NCBI GenBank assembly: GCA_963812135.1 | Contig: CAWETU010000001.1 | Location: forward strand, 2,142,018-2,206,017 | DNA length: 64,000 nucleotides | Reading direction: 5' to 3' | From: Vulcanimicrobiota bacterium | GTDB lineage: Bacteria > Vulcanimicrobiota > Vulcanimicrobiia > Eremiobacterales > Eremiobacteraceae | Part shown: positions 37,565-46,542 of the stretch, piece by piece | How the letters are laid out: each line of letters opens with the position of its first letter | Position numbering within the stretch: position 1 is the first letter of the stretch | Program-made: the position numbers and the translations under genes | The notes under the pieces: generated by a model | The model's database searches: none | What the model was told of the DNA's origin: nothing | The model's input: the letters and a program-made list of their open reading frames with translations, nothing else

Positions 37565-38802
37565 CGCGCCTTGGCATCGTGACGTCGGGTTTTCCCTACA
37601 CGTCCAAAGAGACGTTCCTCGCGCCCGAGCTGCACGAGCTGTCGTCAGCGGCCGACGTCTTCGTGTATCCGGTGACGCCGAAAACCGGTCGAATGAATTC
37701 GACCGCTACAAGTACGCCCGTGTTTATGCCGCTGATCGGCGCACGCGTCATCGCTGAGGCCGCGCGCGAGTGCGTCGAACGCCCTGCGCGCGTCGCGCGC
37801 GCGTTCCGAGCCGTCGCGCTCGCGGGTTCGTCGTGGAGCGTGCGCTTCAAGAACGCCGCGGTTTTCGCCAAAGCGCTGGCGGTGGCACGCGACATGCGCC
37901 GGCGGCGAATCCAACACGTGCACGCCTACTGGGCGTCGACGCCCGCCACGGTCGCTTATGCGATCGCGATGCTCAACGACATCCCGTGGAGCTTCACCGC
38001 GCATCGCTGGGATATCTACGAGAACAACCTGCTCGCCGACAAGGTGCGGCACGCCGTCTTCGTCAGAGCGATCTCGGAGCGCGCCCGCGCGACCGTGCTC
38101 GAACGCGTGGATCGCGCGTACGCGCACAAAGTGACCGCGCTGCATCTCGGCGTCGCGCGAGCCTGCGCAACAGACGGCGTCGAATGCGTTCGCCCGTTCA
38201 CCATGCTGTGCGCCGCCAACCTCGAGCCGGTCAAGGGACACACGACGCTCATCGAAGCGCTGCGCTTGCTCGCGATGCGCGGCGTCCAAGTGCGCTGCGT
38301 GCTCGCCGGCGACGGTTCGTTGCGTGGCGATCTCATGGCCGCGGTGCGCGCCGCGGGGCTCTCCGACCGCGTGACGTTCGCCGGCGCAGTGCCGCACGAC
38401 GCGCTGCTGCGCGATATCGCGAGCGGCACCTACGATGCAGCCGTGCTCGCGAGCATCGAAACGCGCGACGGGCTGCACGAAGGCATCCCCGCGTTTCTCA
38501 CGGAGGCGATGGCCGCCGGCGTGCCTTGCATCGCCACGCGAACCGGCAGCATCGGCGAGCTCATCGACGCTCGCTGCGGCGTGCTCGTCGAGCAGCGCGA
38601 TCCGCAAGCGCTGGCCGATGCGATCGAGAAACTCATGAACGACGGCGAGACGCGCCGCGCGCTTGGCCGCGCAGCGCGGGCACGCGTCGCGCGCGATTTC
38701 GCCGCCGAAACGCTCGCGCGGCGGCTACTGGCTCAGATCCAAGTGCAAGACAGCGCGGCGATGCGCCGCGAGATCGCGGAGCTCACCTCGGCACGATCGT
38801 AG
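37561..38802 (+). CDS. GT4-family glycosyltransferase (WcaL-like) carrying an in-frame REP-like insert
   Basis: ATGA overlap, with VKGHTTLIEAL and EGIPAFLTEAMAAGVPCIATRTGSIGELI. The REP at 37687-37710 is read as GRMNSTAT. Confidence 0.85.
   Translation: MTRLGIVTSGFPYTSKETFLAPELHELSSAADVFVYPVTPKTGRMNSTATSTPVFMPLIGARVIAEAARECVERPARVARAFRAVALAGSSWSVRFKNAAVFAKALAVARDMRRRRIQHVHAYWASTPATVAYAIAMLNDIPWSFTAHRWDIYENNLLADKVRHAVFVRAISERARATVLERVDRAYAHKVTALHLGVARACATDGVECVRPFTMLCAANLEPVKGHTTLIEALRLLAMRGVQVRCVLAGDGSLRGDLMAAVRAAGLSDRVTFAGAVPHDALLRDIASGTYDAAVLASIETRDGLHEGIPAFLTEAMAAGVPCIATRTGSIGELIDARCGVLVEQRDPQALADAIEKLMNDGETRRALGRAARARVARDFAAETLARRLLAQIQVQDSAAMRREIAELTSARS
37687..37710 (+). repeat. REP-like element embedded in-frame in a GT4 gene (GGTCGAATGAATTCGACCGCTACA)
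   Basis: Stem and tail are intact and the loop is TGAA instead of TAAA. Confidence 0.85.
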
Positions 38803-39965
38803 TGCTGGGTGACGTAGGCGAGGCCGCTGCGTCCGAATCGGCGGCGCTGCTCGCCGTCGGCGGCAAGCGTGCCGATCGCGCCGGCCAACGCGGAACCATC
38901 TTCAGGCGGCACCGCTAACCCGCCGCCCGACCGCTCGACGAAATCTCGCGCCTCTCCATCGGCGCACACGATCACCGGCGTGCCCAACGAGAGCGAATCG
39001 AACAGCTTGGTCGGCAGGCTGTCGACGATCCCGCGCTTGAGCGGCACGACGCACACATCGGCATCGCGCATGATCGCGGCAGCGATGTCGCGCGGCTGCG
39101 GTCCGAGCAGCTCCACGTTGTCGAGCCGTTCGCCCTCGACGCGGCGCGCAACCGAACCGCCCTCGGCGCCGCCGCCGACCAGCACGAAACGATACTTGTG
39201 TTCGGCGCGCAGCTGATGCGCTGCGTCGAGCAGCACTTCGATGCCGGTGGCGACGCCCATATTGCCGGCGTAGGCGATGATGAACTCGCCGTCTCCCCGC
39301 AAGATCGGCGTCGCCAACGCCGGTTCGAAGCGGTCGAATCCGTTGGGCGCGGTCACGACTTTCTCGGGGGCCACGCCGCGCGCGAGTATTTCACGCCTGC
39401 ACGTGTCCGTCACGGTGAGGATGAGGCTTGCGCGGCGGTAGAGCGCGTCGGCCAGCGCGCCGACCATGCGCGCGACGGCGCTGTTCTTTTTCCAGATCCC
39501 CATCTTGATCGCCACATCGGGATAGACGTCGCGCACGTCGACGACGAGTCGCGCACGCCAGCGAGCGGCGGCGGCGAGCGCCGCGAGCCCGAGCGTGATC
39601 GGCGGTGTCGACACGAACACGACGTCGACCGGGTCGCGCCTGAGCGCGATGTGCGCGATGGCGCCGGCCGCGACCGAAAGCCAGTTCAACAGACGGTCGA
39701 TCGCGCGCAGCCGCGGCGATGCATATGTCCAGACGCGCCGTACGGCGACGGCGTGGTCGCGCTGCTCCGATCGGTCGCGTTCTTGATAACCCGCGCCGAC
39801 GACGCCGTCGGGAAACGATGGCTTGCCGGTCACGACGGTGACGTCGTCGCCTCCCGCAGCAAGCGCGCGCGCAGTGGCGCTCGCGCGGTGGCTCGCGGCG
39901 CCGGCCTCGGGCGGGTAGAACTGGGTGATGAGGACGATGCGACGACGCGCGGTCCGCTCTGCCAT
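38733..39965 (-). CDS. GT4-family glycosyltransferase (WcaI/WbuB-like)
   Basis: RIVLITQFYPPEAGAASHR N-terminus and DSLPTKLFDSLSLGTPVIV. Its 3' end overlaps the convergent GT4 gene by 70 nt. Confidence 0.85.
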   Translation of the reverse strand: MAERTARRRIVLITQFYPPEAGAASHRASATARALAAGGDDVTVVTGKPSFPDGVVGAGYQERDRSEQRDHAVAVRRVWTYASPRLRAIDRLLNWLSVAAGAIAHIALRRDPVDVVFVSTPPITLGLAALAAAARWRARLVVDVRDVYPDVAIKMGIWKKNSAVARMVGALADALYRRASLILTVTDTCRREILARGVAPEKVVTAPNGFDRFEPALATPILRGDGEFIIAYAGNMGVATGIEVLLDAAHQLRAEHKYRFVLVGGGAEGGSVARRVEGERLDNVELLGPQPRDIAAAIMRDADVCVVPLKRGIVDSLPTKLFDSLSLGTPVIVCADGEARDFVERSGGGLAVPPEDGSALAGAIGTLAADGEQRRRFGRSGLAYVTQHYDRAEVSSAISRRIAALSCTWI

Positions 39966-40025
39966 GACCCATGGGACTTGGGCAAGGCGCGTCGCGGGTT
40001 CCTGGAGACGTAGTACCTAGTGGCG

Positions 40026-41084
40026 CTAGTGCCCAGGCACCCGTTGGACGGCGGGCAAGGACAAGACCTCGAAGTCGCTGAGGTGCAGGTTGCCGAACGC
40101 GCTCAGGTCGCCACCGTTCCAGTGGTTCAGACCGTCTTGCGACTCGATGCCGTACAGCGCGTTGGAGCTGCCCGTGTCCGACAAGAACATGCCGTACGTT
40201 TTCAGCGCTGTTGTGATCGCTTTGGCTTGCGGTCCGAACGACGAGTCGTTGAACGACGCTTTGAGCCGGAGGTGCGCGCCATACGGCAGCTGGTAGCTCA
40301 CGTTGCCGCCGCTGAACGAGAGCCCGTCGGTGTCGCTAGCAGGCCGCACGAAGCTCCACTGCGCGAACGCATGAGCCGTGCCGCCCCAGTTGAGCGCGTG
40401 CTTGATGACGCCGCTCTGCAGCTCTTCCGATTTCACCGCGCCGGCGAACAACGACAGACCTGAGGCCATGCTGCTCGGCCAACCGGCGGGCAGCGAGACG
40501 AACGGCTGCGTCAGATCCCACGACCAACCGCTGTATGCCGAGAACACGCCCGTCCAAGTCGCGCCGTAGGCCTCGAATAACCGGCAGTTGGGCGGGCTCA
40601 CGACGAACACGATCGCGTGCTTATCCGAAAGCGGCTCGATCTTGAACGAAGGCATCCACGGAAACGGCGGATTTGCATTCCACTCGTTCTGGTGAAACGC
40701 GACCAACGCGTGAACGGTGTTCGTAGGCGTCGAGGGCGTCGCGAGATTGGCGTACTCGACCCCGGTGCTCAGGTAGAACCCGCCCGAGTCCGCGGCGGCG
40801 GCCGACGCGATGTAGTTCGCCGAGTTCGCATCCACCGCGGCAGTCGCGATCGATTGGTTGTACCAATCGCCGGGCGTGAAGACGTTGCAGCCTTGGTATA
40901 CGGCAGCGCCGCTTGGACCACTCGTGGGGGAACTCGTTGGACCGCTGGTCGGGGAAGAGGAGGACGGTGGCTGGCCCGGGGGCGCCGCTGCGATCGGCAT
41001 CCCAGGGGATGACGACCCGCCGCAGCCGCTGACGCAGACCAGCGCGGTCAGGAGCAAAAACAAAAACACGCCAAAAGCCTTCAC
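40026..41084 (-). CDS. lipoprotein of unknown function, paralog A (short Ser/Pro linker + ~300-aa conserved domain)
   Basis: GTG start with lipobox LVCVSGC. The C-terminal domain has [21 protein letters not shown] and [14 protein letters not shown] motifs. About 88% nucleotide identity to 41236..~42115 by eye. Confidence 0.8.
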   Translation of the reverse strand: MKAFGVFLFLLLTALVCVSGCGGSSSPGMPIAAAPPGQPPSSSSPTSGPTSSPTSGPSGAAVYQGCNVFTPGDWYNQSIATAAVDANSANYIASAAAADSGGFYLSTGVEYANLATPSTPTNTVHALVAFHQNEWNANPPFPWMPSFKIEPLSDKHAIVFVVSPPNCRLFEAYGATWTGVFSAYSGWSWDLTQPFVSLPAGWPSSMASGLSLFAGAVKSEELQSGVIKHALNWGGTAHAFAQWSFVRPASDTDGLSFSGGNVSYQLPYGAHLRLKASFNDSSFGPQAKAITTALKTYGMFLSDTGSSNALYGIESQDGLNHWNGGDLSAFGNLHLSDFEVLSLPAVQRVPGH

Positions 41085-41235
41085 GACCGCTCACCTGTCG
41101 CCTTTGCAAAGCTTAGCTCGTAGGAAACCCGCTAGCGTATACCCAGTTCTCTGGGTCCTAATCCTCAATAAGAAGACTTTTTTCCCAATTCCTGCCGCAG
41201 GATGCGCTTAGGCAGGGCGGCCCTGTCGTTGGGTC

Positions 41236-42600
41236 TTAATGCCCAGGCACGCGCTGCACGGCAGGCAAGGTCAAGACCTCGAAGTCGGTGAGGTGCAGGT
41301 TGGCAAGCGCGCTCAGGTCGCCCCCGTTCCAGTGGTTCAGCCCGTCTTGCGACTCGATGCCGTACAGCGCGTTGGAGCTGCCCGTATCCGCCAAGAACAT
41401 GCCGTAGGTCTTGAGCGCGGTCGTGATCGCTTTGGCTTGCGGTCCGAACGACGAGTCGTTGAACGACGCTTTGAGCCGCAAATGCGCCCCATACGGCAGC
41501 TCGTAACTCGGGTTGCCGCCGCTAAACAAGAGCCCATCGGTGTCGCTGGCAGGCCGCACGAAGCTCCACTGCGCGAACGCGTGGGCCGTGCCGCCCCAGT
41601 TGAGGGCGTGCTTGATGACGCCGCTTTGCAGCTCTTCCGACTTCACCGCGCCGGCGAACAACGACAGACCCGAAGCCATGCTGCTCGGCCACCCGGCTGG
41701 CAGCGAATAAAACGGCTGCGTCAGATCCCACGACCAGCCGCTATACGCCGACAAGATGCCGGTCCAGCTCGTGCCGTATGCCTCGAACACGCGGCACGTC
41801 GGCGGGCTCACCACGAACACCATCGCGTGCTTGTCAGAGAGCTGCTCGATCTTATACGGAGGCATCCACGGATACGGCGGATTGGCGTCCCACTCGTTTT
41901 GATGATACGACACCGTCGCGTGCACCGTGTACGTCGGCGTCAGCGCGGTCGCCAGGTTCGCGTACTCGTAGCCGGTGCTCAGGTAGAATCCGCTCGAGTC
42001 AACTGCGGCCGAGGAAGCGATAAAGTTCGCTGAGTTCGGATCCACCGCGAAGCCGGCGACCGGCTGATTGTAATAATCGCCGGCGGTGAACACCGTGCAG
42101 CCCTGATAGGTGGCCACGTTGCCCGGCGGGGGCGTGGCTGTCGGAGCAGGCGTGGGTGTCGCCGTCGGTTTCGGCGTCGGCGTCGGCGTGGGCGTGGGCG
42201 TCGCCGTCGGTTTGGGAGTGGGCGTCGGCGTGGGTGTAGGCGTCGCCGATGGTTTCGGAGTCGGCGTCGCGGTCGGCGCCGGTGTTGCCGTCGGAGCAGG
42301 CGTGGCGGTCGGCGCGGGCGTCGCGGTCGGCACGGGCGTTGCGGTCGGCGCGGGGGTCGCAGTCGGCTTCGGGGTCGGCGTCGGCGCTGGGGTCGCGGTG
42401 CCTTCCGGCGTGGGTGTCGGGTGGATGTTCTGCGGCGGCGCCTGGGCGGGAGACGGCATGACCGATGAACCCCCGCCGCAGCCCGCGATCAACAGCGCTG
42501 CGGTTAGGACCAATCCCGCGAGAATCCCAAGCTTTTTAATGACCGTCTCCTGTGCCCGTGCGGAAGCGCAGACCCGGTCATATAGCTTTCGGTTGCACAC
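41236..42600 (-). CDS. lipoprotein of unknown function, paralog B (long Pro/Thr-rich linker + same conserved domain)
   Basis: Lipobox LLIAGC and a linker of about 95 aa of [16 protein letters not shown]-type repeats. The same C-terminal domain as 40026..41084. The start is uncertain (GTG 42600 or further downstream). Confidence 0.8.
   Translation of the reverse strand: MCNRKLYDRVCASARAQETVIKKLGILAGLVLTAALLIAGCGGGSSVMPSPAQAPPQNIHPTPTPEGTATPAPTPTPKPTATPAPTATPVPTATPAPTATPAPTATPAPTATPTPKPSATPTPTPTPTPKPTATPTPTPTPTPKPTATPTPAPTATPPPGNVATYQGCTVFTAGDYYNQPVAGFAVDPNSANFIASSAAVDSSGFYLSTGYEYANLATALTPTYTVHATVSYHQNEWDANPPYPWMPPYKIEQLSDKHAMVFVVSPPTCRVFEAYGTSWTGILSAYSGWSWDLTQPFYSLPAGWPSSMASGLSLFAGAVKSEELQSGVIKHALNWGGTAHAFAQWSFVRPASDTDGLLFSGGNPSYELPYGAHLRLKASFNDSSFGPQAKAITTALKTYGMFLADTGSSNALYGIESQDGLNHWNGGDLSALANLHLTDFEVLTLPAVQRVPGH
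42125..42425 (-). repeat. coding low-complexity tandem repeats (Pro/Thr/Ala-rich linker)
   Basis: Iterated GGCGTCGGC/GGCGTGGGC units on the + strand, which read (T/A)P(T/A)P.. on the - strand. Confidence 0.7.
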
Positions 42601-42790
42601 GCCTGAATTAGGCCCAACGACCTAGGTATGTGCCGTTAGTCACTCCCGAGGTGCGAGCTGTCTAACCATTTGGCGTGTTTTCTGGTGCGGCGACGAGCCT
42701 ACGAGGCGTGGGCCTTCGGTCTCTTGCCGCGTCCTCGTGCTTAGCTTAGTGTTGAACTCAAGCGCTTACGTCGTTGAAAGCACCCTTCGC

Positions 42791-44236
42791 ATGTCGTTAG
42801 TCCTCGAGCGCGCGCTGGAGCAGCCTGTCGAGCAAGTCAGGCCCATGCGCGTGCCATCACAGTACTCCCCCGCGTGGGCAGCGTTGCTGGTCGCCCTGGA
42901 TCTGCTTGTCTTCGCCGGATCTGCGACGGCGGCCGCGTTCATCGTCTTCCATCGCGTCGACACGCTCTTCGTGCCGCGCGACGGCGTGTTCTGGGCCACC
43001 GCCGCGTTCATCGGCATCTGGGTGCTGATCTTCGTGCGGGTCGGGCTGTACCGCCGCTCGTTCGCGTTGTCCGTCAAAGACGAGTTCTATTTCATCGCCG
43101 CCGCGCTGAGCATGGGCGTCGTGCCGTCGCTCGCCTTCTTCACGCTGTGGCCAGCGGTGTCGACCTCGCGCCTGCACATCCTCATCACGCTCGCGATCTC
43201 GTTGGTGGCTGTCTCGGGCGTTCGCACGGCGGCGCGCGCCGTGCGCAGTGTCGCCATCCGCCACCGGCCTCGCCGCGTCGCGATCGTCGGTCGCGGATCG
43301 CGCATCGACACCGTCACGGAGTCGCTCAATCTCGTCGAAGGCTCGCAAGTGTTGCGCCTCGAGGTGGACGATCTCGACTCGACGCTGTCGCCGGTCGACT
43401 TGAGCGTCGACCCCGATCTCGACGGCATCGCATGGTTCGAACACGCGAAAGCGTGGGGCGCCGAGTCGCTCATCCTGACCGAAGTGCTGCCGCCGGATCT
43501 CGTGCCGCATCTGCTCGAAGCGGCCAACCGCCATCACATCAAAGTGGCGTACGGTCCCCCGCGCGTGCGCTTCCACGCGTTCGACCTCGCGCTCCAGCAA
43601 GACGGCCAGCAAGCGCTGATCGTGCCCTCGCAGCTGCGCGCATGCCAGCCGCGGTCGCGACTGGTCAAGCGCCTCATCGATTTCGGCATCGCGCTCGTCG
43701 GTCTCGCGCTCGTCTGGCCGTTCATGCTCGTGGCCGCGGTAGCGATCTACCTGGAGTCTGGCGGACCGATCCTCTACCGGCAGCGGCGCGTCGGGCGCAA
43801 CGGCGTCGAGTTCGACCTGCTCAAGTTCCGCTCGATGCCCGTCAACGCCGAGGCCGAGTCCGGCCCGGTCTGGGCAACGCCTGCCGACGGCCGGGCGACG
43901 CGAGTCGGCGCGTTCTTGCGGCGCACGAGCATCGACGAGTTCCCGCAGTTCTTCAACGTGCTGCGCGGCGAGATGTCGATCGTCGGCCCGCGGCCAGAAC
44001 GGCCCGCGTTCGTGTCGCTGTTCCGCCAGCATCTGTCGCGCTACGACGAACGCCATCTCGTGCGCCCCGGCATCACCGGTTGGGCGCAAGTGCACATGAC
44101 GCGCGTGCTGGCACCTTCGTCAGCGGGTCAGAAACTTGCGTACGATCTGTTCTACGTCGAACACTGGGGGCTTGTCATGGATGGTTACGTCATCTTCAAA
44201 ACCGCCGCCGAGTTCTTGTTCCACAGGGTCGCGTAG
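42791..44236 (+). CDS. polyprenyl-phosphate sugar-1-phosphate transferase (WbaP/EpsB-like priming enzyme)
   Basis: N-terminal TM block and a central linker. C-terminal KRLIDFGIALVGL..LYRQRRVGRNG..F.LLKFRSM...IDEFPQFFNVLRGEMSIVGPRPERP. The start could be ATG 42791 or 42845. Confidence 0.85.
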   Translation: MSLVLERALEQPVEQVRPMRVPSQYSPAWAALLVALDLLVFAGSATAAAFIVFHRVDTLFVPRDGVFWATAAFIGIWVLIFVRVGLYRRSFALSVKDEFYFIAAALSMGVVPSLAFFTLWPAVSTSRLHILITLAISLVAVSGVRTAARAVRSVAIRHRPRRVAIVGRGSRIDTVTESLNLVEGSQVLRLEVDDLDSTLSPVDLSVDPDLDGIAWFEHAKAWGAESLILTEVLPPDLVPHLLEAANRHHIKVAYGPPRVRFHAFDLALQQDGQQALIVPSQLRACQPRSRLVKRLIDFGIALVGLALVWPFMLVAAVAIYLESGGPILYRQRRVGRNGVEFDLLKFRSMPVNAEAESGPVWATPADGRATRVGAFLRRTSIDEFPQFFNVLRGEMSIVGPRPERPAFVSLFRQHLSRYDERHLVRPGITGWAQVHMTRVLAPSSAGQKLAYDLFYVEHWGLVMDGYVIFKTAAEFLFHRVA

Positions 44237-44239
44237 CCG

Positions 44240-45304
44240 ATGCACGTGCTCGAAAACGCCATCGACCTGCGGCCGTTCGTCTCGGTGCTCGTGCCGGGCT
44301 ACAACGAAGAGGCGATCGTCGAAGAGAATCTGCAGACGCTGTGCGACCACATGGCGACGCTCGAAGATCGCTACCGCTGGGAGATCGTCTTCGTCAATGA
44401 CGGCAGCACCGATCTCACGAGCGCGCTCGCGGACCGCTTTGCCCTCACGCACCCGGAGGTGCGCGTGTTCCATCATCCCGTGAATTTCGGGCTCGGACAG
44501 GCGCTCAAGTTCGGCTTCAGCCACTGCCGCGGCGACTACATCGTCACGCTCGACATCGATCTGAGCTACTCGCCCGATCACATCGAGCGCTTGCTCGCGC
44601 GTATCCGTTCCGGTCCCGCCAAGATCGTGGTCGCGTCGCCGTACATGGAGGGCGGCCGCATCTCGAACATCCCGTGGCTGCGGCGCACGCTGTCGATCTG
44701 GGCCAATCGATTCCTCGCGTTCGCGTCCGAGAGCAAACTCTCGACGCTGACGGGCCTCACGCGGGTCTACGACGCGCGCTTCGTCCGTTCGCTCAACATC
44801 CGCGCGCTCGGCAGCGAGCTCAATTCAAAGATCCTGCATCAAGCCGCGGTGCTCCAGGCCAAGGTCGAGCAGATCCCCGGCCACCTCGACTGGAGCCTGC
44901 AGGCAGGCGCGGGCGCGCCCCGCACGTCGAGCATGAAGATCGCGCGCCAGACGCGCTCGGTGATCTTGTCGGGCTTCCTCTTCCGTCCGGTGATGTTCTT
45001 CATCGCGCCGGGCCTGCTGTTGTTGCTGTTCTCGGCGTATGCCGGCGCATGGGCGGTCATCCACAGCTTCACGCAAGCGCAGCTGCTGGCCGCCGCCGGC
45101 GATCGCGATCTCACCGATGCGGTCGCCGCCGCGTTCCGCCAAGCGCCGCACGTCTTCTTCCTGGGCGGCATCGCGCTCATGCTCGCCATCCAGTTCCTCA
45201 GTCTCGGCATCCTCGCGATGCAGAACAAAAGCTATTTCGACGAGATGTTCTTCTTGACGTCCGCGGTGTATCGCGAGCTTCGCGACCGCGAAAGGGGTAT
45301 GTAG
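44240..45304 (+). CDS. GT2-family glycosyltransferase with C-terminal TM segments (polyprenyl-phosphate sugar synthase-like)
   Basis: VSVLVPGYNEE, FVNDGSTD, and TLDIDLSYSP (DxD). Two C-terminal TM helices. Confidence 0.85.
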   Translation: MHVLENAIDLRPFVSVLVPGYNEEAIVEENLQTLCDHMATLEDRYRWEIVFVNDGSTDLTSALADRFALTHPEVRVFHHPVNFGLGQALKFGFSHCRGDYIVTLDIDLSYSPDHIERLLARIRSGPAKIVVASPYMEGGRISNIPWLRRTLSIWANRFLAFASESKLSTLTGLTRVYDARFVRSLNIRALGSELNSKILHQAAVLQAKVEQIPGHLDWSLQAGAGAPRTSSMKIARQTRSVILSGFLFRPVMFFIAPGLLLLLFSAYAGAWAVIHSFTQAQLLAAAGDRDLTDAVAAAFRQAPHVFFLGGIALMLAIQFLSLGILAMQNKSYFDEMFFLTSAVYRELRDRERGM

Positions 45305-46534
45305 TTGACCAACGCAGCAGTCGCGCCAGCCACCATCACGCTGCCGTCCGATCAGGACGCCTCGGGCAGAAACCTCGGCGGCCAAGAGATCGCGATGGTC
45401 TCGCAGGCGCTCGTCAGCGGCACGCTCACGAGCACCAAGGGGACGTTCGTCTCCGACTTCCAGAAACGGTTCGCGCGCCTGCTGGGAGCGGCGCACGGCT
45501 ATGCCTGCGCGTCCGGCACGGCGGCGGTGCACACCGCGATCGCAGCCCTCGATCCGGAGCCGGGCGACGAGATCGTCACCTCGCCGATCACCGACATGGG
45601 GGCGCTCGCGCCGATCCTGTATCAGGCGGCGATCCCGACGTTCGCGGACGTCGATCCACACACGTACAACATCACGGCCGCGAGCATCGAGCGCGTGCTC
45701 AGCCCGAAGACCAAGGCTATCATCGTCACGCATCTGTTCGGCAACCCGTGCGAGATGGGCCCGATCATGGCGCTCGCGCGCTCGCGCGGCATTCCCGTGA
45801 TCGAGGACTGCGCGCAGGCGTTCCTCGCCACGTACGACGGCGCATACGTCGGCACGCTCGGCGCGATCGGTTGTTTCAGCCTGCAACAAGGCAAGCACAT
45901 CACCTGCGGCGAGGGCGGCATCGTCGTCACCGGCGATCCGGCGCTGGCTCGCCGGATGTATCTGTTCATCAACAAGGCCTGGGGATACGGCGACCCCGAC
46001 CCCGATCATTACTTCCTCGCGCTCAACTACCGCATGTCGGAGCTGCAGGGCGCCGTCGCGCTGGCGCAGCTTGAAAAGCTCGAGACCGTGGTGCAGCGCC
46101 GCGAGGATCTCGCGGATCAGCTCAACCGCATGCTGTCCGATGTGCCAGGCGTCGAAACGCCGGTCGTCACCGACAACGCCGTGCACACGTATTGGAAATA
46201 CTGCGTGCGCGTCGACGGGGATACGATACGCGACGGCGCGGTCGGTCTTGCGCGCGCGCTGCGCGAGAGCGGCATCTTCACGGTGCCGCGCTACATCCAA
46301 AAACCGGCGTTCATGTGCGAGGTGTTCGCCAAGCGGCGCACGTTCGGCAACAGCGGTTTCCCGTTCACGCTCGCGCGGCCCGAGGCGCTGGACTATTCGC
46401 GCGATCGTTTCCCCGGCACGTTCGACGCGCTCGAGCACGTGCTGGTCATCCCGTGGAACGACCGCTTCACCGATGCGCATGTCGCGCACATCGGCGCGTC
46501 GATCCGCGATGCCGTCGAGCGGCTGCGGGTCTGA
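45305..46534 (+). CDS. DegT/DnrJ/EryC1-type PLP aminotransferase (second copy)
   Basis: TTG start. SGTAAVHTAIAAL and CFSLQQGKHITCGEGG (PLP Lys). Confidence 0.8.
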   Translation: MTNAAVAPATITLPSDQDASGRNLGGQEIAMVSQALVSGTLTSTKGTFVSDFQKRFARLLGAAHGYACASGTAAVHTAIAALDPEPGDEIVTSPITDMGALAPILYQAAIPTFADVDPHTYNITAASIERVLSPKTKAIIVTHLFGNPCEMGPIMALARSRGIPVIEDCAQAFLATYDGAYVGTLGAIGCFSLQQGKHITCGEGGIVVTGDPALARRMYLFINKAWGYGDPDPDHYFLALNYRMSELQGAVALAQLEKLETVVQRREDLADQLNRMLSDVPGVETPVVTDNAVHTYWKYCVRVDGDTIRDGAVGLARALRESGIFTVPRYIQKPAFMCEVFAKRRTFGNSGFPFTLARPEALDYSRDRFPGTFDALEHVLVIPWNDRFTDAHVAHIGASIRDAVERLRV

Positions 46535-46542
46535 GGTCGGAT

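Noticed and set aside
36193-38802. 869-aa ORF spanning two glycosyltransferases
   Set aside because: This is a composite. It starts out of frame within the Wzy-like gene, follows the first GT4 until the frame break near 37118, reads through a nonsense Arg-rich stretch, and happens to be in phase with the next GT4 (ATG 37561).
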